Part shown: piece after piece, positions 1 through 10,359 of the stretch
How the letters are laid out: every line of letters starts with the position of its first letter
How positions within the stretch are numbered: the stretch's first letter is position 1
Source of the DNA: Azolla caroliniana
Taxonomy: Eukaryota > Plantae > Polypodiophyta
Direction: 5' to 3'
Assembly (NCBI GenBank): GCA_043228905.1
Contig: JBHGNT010000006.1
Location: 9,982,001 to 10,046,000 of the forward strand
DNA: 64,000 bases
Position numbers and translations under genes: made by a program
The notes under the pieces: model-generated
Told to the model about the DNA's origin: nothing
Seen by the model: the letters and a program-made list of their open reading frames with translations, nothing else
Databases searched by the model: none

Positions 1-1987
1 ACGGCCCATAAAGATTACACTCCGCCGACCGGTGAATAGAGAAGCGGACCCCTTGGCGGCGAAACTCAATGCCGGGACTCAGGAGGAGGAAATAGAGGAG
101 GAGCCTACGGAGCACCTCCAACGACGGTCGTCGGCAAGGACCGTTGAGGCAGTCGGGAAACGTTCGGCCCCTCAGCTGGAGGGAACACCGGCTCCCCATA
201 CTGAGACTCCCACGCCAAGGGAGGAACCGAAACCGGTGCGCATGGCACCGGAATCAGAAGCCCCTGCACCACCGGCAGCACCGACAAGTCCCATTCTGCT
301 AGAGCCGGAAAGGTCAATGCAACCTCCCTCGGCCAACCAAGAAGAAGCGCAAGGGGAACCAGGACAGTAGGGTGGTCCACGGGTAGAAACGGAATTGCAA
401 CTCGGCGCAATCAGGCGGGACCACCCACCCACAAGCGAGCCCATCCGTCAAACCTCCGTGCAAGCGCAACAACAATGCACCGGTAGCCTGTGGCTCCGGT
501 GGATAGGCGAACAGGTTACCGGAGCAGTGGGGTATATTGAGGCGGAAGAAAGAGCGCAAAGCGAACGGTTGCTCGTCACAACCGAACAACTAGAGACGGC
601 TCGGTCCAGAATCTGGTGCCTTTAAATAGACTTGGATCAGGTCACGACAGAAATTGCCAAAATGGCCTTAACAACAACACAGATCCAAGCATTGGTGACT
701 CCGGTAAGTGTACAGAATAAAGAAACAGACCAACCTGTACATACTAATAAGACCCCGGCAACGGAAACCGTTCCAAAGAGAGATGTGGCGCAAGCCCAGG
801 AGCTTGCGGAATTGAGAGATGAACTTGCCGCACAAGAAGCGCTAAGGAGCCGTGAATGGGAATTGAAGACAGCGGCCGAAGCAGAATTAAAGAAGACTGC
901 TGAGAACCTCCGCCGGGCAAAGGAGAGCCTCCGGAAAGGCCATCAAGCGTACGAACGGCTAAGGGAGGAAAAAGACAAAGTGCTGCAGGAAAAGGACAAG
1001 CTGCGGAAGACGGCGGAAACGGAAATTGAACGGCTAAAGGAGGAGCTCCGCCAGCAGAAGGACCGCAAGGACCGGGCCCGTCGACAGATCAACGTACGGC
1101 TCAAGCAAAAGACAGATGATTTTGAGCACCTGCACCGGGACTACAAACGGCTGGAAACGGAGCATAAGGAACGGATGGCCGAGCTCCGGCAGGAAGTTGA
1201 TCGGGCCGCGACGGCACTCGCCGACGAACGAGCGGAAAATACAAGACAGTTGGACGAGGCGGAGAAGGTCCAGATGGAGCTCTAGAGTCAGCAGCAGGAA
1301 GAAAGGGAGAGAGCGACAACGGTATTGCAAAAATTACAAAGCACATATCAAGGGCAATTGACGCATTACAAGGAGCAAGCGGAAGACAACGTCAAAATCA
1401 TCAAGCAATTGAAGGAGGAACGGCAAGCTGCGGAGATCAAATCGCAGATGGGAACGGGCCGGATTCAGTGCATCCTCCGGGCATGGCTGAATCAGACAAA
1501 ACACTTGATTGACGAAAGCTCTGTAAGATGGTGGACAAAGTGGGCACAAAATACGGCGGAACTCCAATTGTTACAGGAAGACGTTGAAAACCGGCAGAAG
1601 GAAGGATATTATTGTTACACATTGACTTCCGAGGACTTCACCGCCATACGGGACGAGCTGGCCGAAGACTTCCAAGTCCTGGCGGATGAACAGCTGGTGC
1701 AGGTCTGGCAACTCGTAGCTCAGCTAGACAATGATAGGCTGGACGCTCAAATCCAGTTTGAAAGCTACGAGTGGTCCCGGGTTCGGGAAGAAAAAGCACG
1801 GGAAGCGGCAACGGTTAACCTTAGTGATGAGGAACCGTCGCCGGACGAGGGCCAGGCCGGAACCAGTCAACCGGAGACCACTACGACGAAGGGAGCAATG
1901 ACGGAAACGCCAGTGTTAGAGCAACAAACGCCAGTAGTCCAGAGTGTGAAACTAAGGAGTTATTTAATTATTAAGGAATGGTTGTAA
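1..1987 (+). pseudogene. Disrupted long ORF (>660 codons, 5' end outside window): Pro/Glu-rich region, coiled coil and conserved C-terminal block; probably a retroelement accessory gene
   Basis: ORFs 32-370, 395-625, 632-1285 and 1325-1987 share one frame, separated by TAG/TAA/TAG stops. Heptad-rich E/K/R/Q segment at 800-1380. A homologous block occurs at 19700-19930. Confidence 0.6.
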
Positions 1988-2313
1988 GTAAGCTATTAGT
2001 GTGGACGGACGGACCGGAATCGGTATGCCGTTCCGGATCCGGACCGATCCCGAACAGGTGCGGATGGCACCGTTTTGTACTACAAACCGGAAACCTATAT
2101 AAAGGCCCGGATACAATGTAATGAGCAACGGATAATTAATGAAGCTTATCGTTTTTATCTCTCTGTGTTAATTGTCGTTCTGCATTCATTGTTATATCTT
2201 ACGCGTGTGATTATTAAGGACGATCTTGCTAAGTAACCTAATTAAGTCAGATTAATTGTTGAGCCTAATCCTCTTGCCGTAACACCCCTTTGGTGAAGTG
2301 TCTTCCGTAGACA
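1945..2313 (+). repeat. Putative LTR or LTR fragment
   Basis: TG...CA ends and TATATAAA at 2096-2103. AGTGTGAAACT is shared with the LTR starting at 6754. No TSD found. Confidence 0.35.
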
Positions 2314-2318
2314 CCCTG

Positions 2319-2809
2319 TGTTAGGCCATTGTCCGGCCCTAAGAGTTAACAAATAGGACGGCAAGGCGAACACCGACGCCTGTTCACTCACGTACAGAAG
2401 AGCAAGATGGAGACTCTACCGGAAGCACACGGGTGTTCCACGGAGCAGAGTCAGCCTCCCGAAAACCTACTGAAAGCAAAACACAGAGAAAGAAGGAGGA
2501 GAAGAGCTCGGTCCCAGTCCGACAACAGTTCGTCCTCGACAAAAAGCGATCCCTTTTTCATTCCTCTCCCTCTCTTTTATAGGCCAAGGAGGGAGGCCGT
2601 TATCATTCGTTACATCATATTAATTCTCTGTCCTTTCGGATAGAGATACACCTCAATTCTCTCCCTATTGAATGCGTGCTACCTAGGATTTCTCCTCAAC
2701 CGACTTGTACCTACCTACTTATTATACAATGAAAAGTGTGCTCGCGTGTAAGGGCCAGTTTACACACGCTAAACTCGGTTTCCGCCTAGGGACTGTTTTC
2801 TTCACGACA
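2319..2809 (-). mobile_element. Solo LTR inserted antisense just before the Gypsy protease
   Basis: Minus strand starts TGTCGTGAAG (same 10-mer as the LTR at 6754) and ends CCTAACA. Minus-strand TATAAAA near 2575-2581. Flanks CCCTG/CCGTG match 4 of 5. Confidence 0.6.
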
Positions 2810-5800
2810 CCGTGGTAGCCTTGATCGACCATGGCTCAGAGATCAACCTCATGTGAACTAAGTTCTACAGAAAAGGAAGATGGCCAATCAATACAAACCA
2901 CAGATGGAAGATTCGAACGGCAACAAAGTCTACGGAGGACTTGTACGTGGAGCTTGTCCCAATGTTAAAGTCACGATTAGGGATGTGGAGATGGATCAAC
3001 ACTTCTTCGTGGAAGAATCGGCGTCGCATCCTGTCATCCTAGGACAATTGTATATCACATCATCCCGGATGGAGACCAAGGTGTTCGATAATGGAGCAGC
3101 CTTCGCGCAAATCAAGAGTCTTGACAATCAAAGATATGTTCAATTCCTAACGGTGCGAGCTAATCATGAAAAAAATCGAGATAGTCTTGGAGGGGAATCC
3201 CTGGATTTTTAGAGTGGACTATTGAAGCATGGGGCACAAATAGTCTGAGCGATCACAAGTCCCCACAAGGGAGTAGAGCGTGTGGATTGCGAGGAGAAGC
3301 AACATGTGTCATACCTAGTGGCGCATGTAAACTAGTACTACTCAACAAGAAGGACAAGCGTCGGATACAAGACTTCGAGAAGATGCTGAAAGAAGAAAAC
3401 ATAATAGAAGAAGAAGAGTTCGTGACTCATATTATGGAAGAAGCCTCATTTAACGACACCATCGCCGAAATCGAGGAAGTCGTGGACTTGAGCTATCTTC
3501 ATGATCAACACATGATTTCGATTAACTCCATCAACATGTACGCTATCATCAATGAATACCATCGTGGCATCTTGATGGAGGAAGCTGAAGTCAACACCAA
3601 ATATAAAATGGTGGATAGGAAGATCAAGCTAGTTGCGGTTCCACTACCGGAAGATAGCTGGCAAAAGATGAAGGAAGTCGCTAATGATCCAAGCTTACGA
3701 GATCCGAAGGCAATAGGTCATTTCTTCACCGAAGAGACGAAGGGGAAGCTATGAGTTGGAAGGGAGGATTCCCTCCTCCCTGAAGAAGAGTGAATGTTTC
3801 GCGACATGCTTGAGAGACATGGGAAGGCTTCCGCATTTTTCCCAAAAGATCGGATGTGCTGATCCAAGGATGATAGAGTCGATGGTGATCTTCACGGTGC
3901 CGCATGTACCGTTGAATTTGAAACCGATACCGGTTTCGAGAGCACACCTATCGAAGCTGATCAAGCTCTTAAAGGAGAAGGTGAATATGGGAATTCTGGA
4001 ACCGTCAAATTCTCCTTATTCTAATAGGTGGTTCACGGTGCCGAAGAAGAATGGATCATTGCGATTCATGCAAGATCTTCAACCCGTCAACAAGGTGACA
4101 ATTCAGAATGCTGGAATTGGTCCGAGCGTGGACGAATTTGCCGAAGCGTTTGCGGGGCGGTCCATCTACTCCATTGGCGATCTCTACTCTGGATACGACC
4201 AATTCCAGTTCGCGATCGACAATCGTGACATTACAACCATGAGGACTCCGATCGGGCTCGTGCAGATGTGTACCTTACCTCAAGGTGCAACGAACTCGGT
4301 GGCTCATATGGTGAATGCCAAGAACAAGGTCTTGAAGGATTGCATCCCGCACATCACGATGCCATTCTTGGATGATATTCCGATAAAAGGATGTTCGGAT
4401 GAGGAGAAAGATGAATCAAAAGATAAGGAAGGGTGTAGAAAGTTCATCGCGGATCATATGAAAGATTGCGAGAAAGTGCTTCAAAGGCTCGAAGATGCAA
4501 ATTTGACAATTTCGTGAGAAAAATCCGCATTCGAGCAACCGAAGATTTTGGTGGTAGGTCACTTGTGTGGAGCATATGGCCGGAAGCCTTCGTCATCCAA
4601 GGTGAACGCGATCCAGGATATGAAAGAAGAATGTGTAAACCAAACGGAGGTTCGAAGGTTCTTGGAGCATGCACGTTTTATCATATTTGGATTCCACACT
4701 ACGCCCATGTTGCCGAGCCTTTATATGGATTGCTGAAGAAAAGAATGAAGTTCGAATGGCGAGACGAGCACACAAACGCGAGGCGAAGATGGAAGAAACT
4801 ACTTCTTAAAGCTCCAACACTAAGAAAGGCCAACTATATCGAAGGGAAGCCGATTTATGTGATTGTAGATACGAGCCCAACCGGAATCGGGTGGGTCATC
4901 AACCAAGAAGGAGAAGATAATGCACGGTATGCCATCCGGTTCGGAGCAAAGGTTCTCAGCGAACGACAACAAAGATACGCCCAAGTCAAATGGGAACTTT
5001 GGGCTATTGTGTCGGCAGTGAAGACGGACAAAGACTACCTGATCGGGTCGGAAGTAATAATTGAGAAAGATTGTCTCCCAATCCTCGGGATGATCTCAGG
5101 ATGTGCGATACCAGATCTAGCTATGCTAAGGTGGATCGCCTATATCAAGTCTTTAAACCCAGAGATCCTCCATATTGCAGGGAAGAAGAACGCCATGGCT
5201 GACATGCTGTCGAGGGCAAGATTTGAGAATGAAAGTGACATGGTTTCGGAAGATGAAGACGTCACCCTCGACTTCTTCAAGATGGCTCGACTATCGACAG
5301 AAGACAAGGACACCCTAACCCTCCATGCCTTCAATGAGGATGAGTACGAAGGAGAGTGGTTATTGATCGGCTGATTCCTAAAAACAATGATGGCCGATGC
5401 TTCATTGACGGAGAAGGAGGCCCTACGAATTCGGAAGAGAGATTACCAATACTTCTTGAAGGGAGGCTTCCTTTGGCGACACCCAAAAAGAAGGACAAGA
5501 ATACCACGTCGAGTGGTGGTGAAGAAAGAAGAGCAAGTGACGCTAATGACCGAACTCCACGAGAGTGCCTGGGCAGGTCATAGAGGAACATGTGCGACGT
5601 TCGAGAAGTTGAAAGAGAAGTACTGGTGGCCAAGCATGTACAAAGATGTACTCCATTTTGTGTCCACATGCGAAACATGCCAAGTACATTCGAATATACG
5701 TCATCATGATGAGCTACGACCGACATACCCATTCACCATACACTTCAAATGGATGGTGGATTTGGTCTCAATGCCAATGGGAGTAGGACAAATGAATTAC

Positions 5801-6681
5801 TTAGCTCTGGCGAGAGAAGACTTGACAAATCAAGTGGAAGGACGGGCCTTCACAAATAAGACGATGTCGGCTGTTCGCAAATTTCTACTCGAAGAGGTTG
5901 TTTGTCGATACGAATGTGTGGGAAAGATAGTAGCCGACCGAGGGGAGTTGGATGCGCACGAAGCGATGGAGCTCTTCAAACAACTAGGCGTTAAGCTCTC
6001 CCTCACGACTGCCTACAAGCCAAAAGGGAATGGGAAGATCGAGTGAGGGCATGGACCTATCGTCAAAGCCATCGTACGAGCATGCAACGGTTGACTAGGG
6101 AATTGGCCACGACTATTGCCCTATGCCTTGTGGGCCGACAGAATGACACACAACTCGGTGACGGGGTACATGCCAACGGAGCTTATGTATGGACAAAAGC
6201 CGGTAATGCCCATCGAAAGGACGATCGCCTCATGGGTAGCGATACTATGGGAGAACGAGATGAGCCGAGAAGAGTTATTAGCGGCACGGATAAGGCAACT
6301 TGAAAGGAGACCTGAAGATCTAGAAAAAGCGCGAAAGATGATGGAGGCAGCCCGAGTGATAAACAAAATTCGCTTCGACAAGACGCATCGACTACGTCCC
6401 AAGAAGATCGAAGAAGGAGATTGGGTATTGGTCTACGACAACAACCTTGACAATCAACACAGTACAACAAGGAAGTTCGCAAGAAGATGGTTCAAACTGT
6501 ATATAGTGATAAGTGCCAACGACAATGCAACATACCACCTTGCGGAGTTAGAAAAAGAGTAAAGATTTTCAAGAAAAGACAAGTCGAGGATCCTGACCTC
6601 GATCACCTCAACGATGAAGATAGTAGGAAGGAACCTACAGACTTGAGTTATGTACATGAGGACATGGAGGAATCTGATTGA
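2810..6681 (+). pseudogene. Ty3/Gypsy pol (PR-RT-RNaseH-INT), non-chromoviral, degenerate
   Basis: Protease ALIDHGSEINL at ~2818. RT motifs DLYSGYDQ, LPQGATNS, FLDD. RNase H VDTSPTGIG...ADMLSR. Integrase H..H..C..C, WMVDLV, ADRGE. Several stops and frameshifts. PPT TGGTGGGGGTGGA at 6741-6753. Confidence 0.92.
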
Positions 6682-7310
6682 TCACCGTAGCAAAAATCTC
6701 ACACTCTCTCTTCTTGGCACGTACCAGAGGACGTGCGGTTTGGTGGGGGTGGATGTCGTGAAGATTTTCGGCGATAGTGTGAAACTTGTGAGGAATATAC
6801 GAAATCAAGTATGGTTCTTATTATGAAATATAAAACAATAATTGTGAAGATACTATTTAAATAAGTTTAATATCTTGGTACAAACAGATAGAGGTCTTGA
6901 AGAGCTTTTGAATGCACTTTACTACGTAGGAAATAGACATCTAAGTGTCAAGTTATGTGGGTATGAAGTTTGGAAAGAAGAAGAGGAAAATAAAACAATG
7001 TGATATCCCACATAGACGGGACAAATAAGGATCCCCCCATATATAACGCAAAGCAAAAGCTATAATCTTTGTGTTTATGTGTGGAGCATAGAAAGGTTAA
7101 GTTGTATGACTTAATGAATGGATGTAGGCAAATGCATATAACTATGTGTTTTGGACGGATCCGGTGACGGCGACCGGCAACGGCATCCGACTACGTCGAT
7201 CGACGGTAACCGGCAAGACCGGCGACAGCAACCGACGGAGCCGGCGAGACGACGACCAGGCGGAGAAACGCCTTATAAAAATACATATATAATAATAATA
7301 ATAAACATAT

Positions 7311-9336
7311 GTTTCTTCTCGTGGAGCTATGTTTGGCAGATTGTCTCCTCGTTGTCTCTATGGGTTCTTTGGAAAGCTAGGTGCTCCAAGTTATACAATG
7401 ATGAAGACATTCACATTGTGGATCAGGTAAAGTCTTTTTGAAATTTCTTAGTACATTCGGTTAAAGGTGAGTATGACAGGTATAAAGGCTATGGAAACAC
7501 AGCCATTCGAAAAAGAAAGAGATTACGACGAGTTTGGTCAGCTATTCCTATAATGTTAGATGCAAGCACGGAGGTTAGGTGGAATTATGTGCCACCTCGT
7601 TGGTTGTTCCCGCCACCAGTACCATTCTTATGGCGAACAACATGAGATAACAGGGAGGAGACGGTTGCGGCATGTATGAAGCCTATTTTAATGTAGGTAA
7701 GATATACATATGCCAGAAGAAGATATGAGGAAATGGGATGATGTTCTGGATGCTGAATCAAGCTAGTAAAAGAAGATTTTAGTGGTATGAGGCAGATTTC
7801 GTGTGATAATCAGAGATATCGACATGGTGGATGTGGACAGGTTGAAATAGGTTTAAGTTGTTTTGTGATTAGGATGATTGATGTTGGTGGGGGTTGTCGA
7901 AGATTACTAGGAGAAGGTGAGGATTTCTGTTTGTTTTCTACTCGTTTGTTGGTTGTTAGTGTAACAGGATTGTCAAATCGGAGATAGTGAGATGGTAGAT
8001 GGGGACATGACGAAGCCGTTTTTCTGTTTTTTGTGGTTAGGATGAGTGATGTTGGAGTGGGGGCTGAAGCAGATTATTATGACAAGGCGAGGAATGGTTT
8101 TTGCTCATTTTTTGTTGTGATTACAGGGCCGCGTTAATCGGTGAGATGGAATAGGGGAAGCAAGATACCCCAGATATGGGCTGACTTAAGACAGATATTA
8201 TGGTTCTCATAGGTTGCGGGATGATGGCAGTGGGATTTGAAGCAACTTTGTCATGGTGTGAGGATGAGCGGTGTTGGTGTGAGGGTTGAAGCACATCAGG
8301 AGGGGAGAGGAATCATTGTTCACTTATTTTGTTGTTAATTACACAGGATATTGGCAGTACTCGGCGAGATGGTGGATGTGGATTGATTGAAGCAATTTGT
8401 TTGTTTTTAGGAGTGATGATGGTGGGGGGGACAAAAGCAAATCATGAGGGGATGAGAAACCATTATTCACTTGTTTTTGTTGTTTTTTGTATAGGTCAGA
8501 GGTGGTATTCGGCGAGATGGTGGATGTGGTTTGATTAAAGCAATTTCTCTGTTTTTAGGAGTGACGATGGTGTGGGGGAACGAAGCAAATCATGAGGGAA
8601 TGAGGAACAATTTCTCATTTTTGTTGATTCATTGCACAGGACATTGGTGCTATTCGGCGAGATGGTGGATGTGGACTAAAGGAAGCAATGTGTCTGTTTT
8701 AGGAGTGATGATGGTGGGGGGGATCGAAGCAGCTCATGAGGGGATGAGGAATTTTTTACTTATTTTGTTGTTAATTCCACAGGACATTGGTGGCATTCGG
8801 CGAGATGGTGGAGGTGGATTGAATGAAGCAATTTGGTTGTTTTTAGGAGTGATGATGGTGAGGGGGCCGAAGCACATCATGAAGGGAGAGTGAATAAGTT
8901 GTGGGGATCGAAGCAAATGGGGTGAGAGGTGGAGATTAGTATAGTACATTTAATTTTCATGGTCTGTTTTTTTCTCCCCAACAGTTTTTACAAATGCTGG
9001 AATCACTTCGGATCTGTTTGCAACTGTTTCTGTTGGGATGGTGAATCTTCTTACAGCTCCACACCTGACACATATGATTGGAAAGACGGAGGACATGGAA
9101 TATCATGTGAAATATAAGTTTTCTATGGAGTTCTGTTCTAAGAGCCCGAAATTTTGTTTTCTGCAGCAGATCACTGGAATCAATGTTGTGTTTTATGGCT
9201 GTTTTTTTCCCAACAGTTTTTACAAATGCTAGAATCAGTTTAGATATACTGGTGGAGATGAAACAATATTATGTACTATTTGTATACTGCCTCCGGGCTT
9301 TTTATTAATACCAATGGAGCATATGTTTTATGGTAA
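7311..9336 (+). mobile_element. 5'-truncated L1-type LINE (ORF2 C-terminus plus long repetitive 3' region)
   Basis: 17-bp TSD AATAATAATAAACATAT at 7294-7310 and 9337-9353. Translation WQIVSSLSLWVLWKARC...VRWNYVPPRWLFPPP resembles the plant L1 ORF2 tail (WxxWKxR). Confidence 0.8.
8270..8900 (+). repeat. Tandem repeat of ~145 bp, about 4 good copies plus degenerate copies upstream
   Basis: TCGGCGAGATGGTGG recurs at 8361, 8509, 8654 and 8797. Confidence 0.85.
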
Positions 9337-9346
9337 AATAATAATA

Positions 9347-9381
<35 letters not shown>

Positions 9382-10359
9382 AAGGAGTGCAAGTGAAGAT
9401 TTGATCCTTGCACCTCCAAGTTGAGAGTCTATAAACTTACCATTAAGCCAAATCATTTCTTTAGGGGTTATATTTTTATCACCAGTTTTACATGTAAATT
9501 CTCATGTGTGAGAGCTTAGATGATGACATGGCAAGCATGCATTGTTTGCATTGCATGCATTTCATGCATTGCGTGCATGTCTTGCACCCTCACATGCACC
9601 ATATGCATGGGGGCATCTATAAAAGAGTGGAGGAATCAAGCAAAAGGGAGCTATGTATTAATCAAGAATTTAAGAAGAAGAAAATTCGTTATCCAATTGA
9701 TGGTGTATCTTGTTTCTTAAGTCTAAAGTCAAGGGTTCAATCTTAATCTCTCTCTCTACCTTTCTCTCGCCATATCAATCTCTCTCTTTCAATCTATCTT
9801 AAATACTTTCTCGTTAAACTAGTGCAAGCTTCGAATCCTTCTGGTCCAGGACCCTGGTGGTTCCGCCTCATGATCCGCACCTAGTGACGGAACTTCACGA
9901 CACTGGAACTCGGAAGGTATAGGTTGTCTAGATCAGTCTTCCACATAACAGGGGTTCATTATGTTCAATATATTATTGTAAATGGTTGTACTCACTAACT
10001 TTTCATATGTATTATCTAACCATGAAAGCTTAGTTTATAATCTTCTAATGTTTATTATTTCTAATAAAATAATGTATAGCTTAAGTAAATAAAATTATAT
10101 ATTATTTCGGTTTATGAAATTCATGTCAAAACAATTATATTGGGAGATGGAGAGGTGATAGAAAAATGGGATTTATTCAAGAGATCTTAATGTGATTGCA
10201 CTATCACGTTATTTATGTTCTCAGAGACTTATGTCTACAACTTAAGAACTAGGGACGATGAGGTGATAAAAAATTGTATTTATTCATGAAATCATAATGT
10301 GATGGCATCGTCCAAATTTATTCATTTATTTGATACATTTACGATAGAGACAATCCCAC

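Larger units (their letters stand above)
6754..10133 (+). repeat. 3' LTR of the Gypsy element, interrupted by a LINE (right end approximate)
   Basis: TGTCGTGAAG follows the PPT directly. Sequence resumes after the LINE TSD with a TATA-like CTATAAAA (~9617), a CT-rich tract and ...AAAACA at 10133. The right boundary is inferred. Confidence 0.5.
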
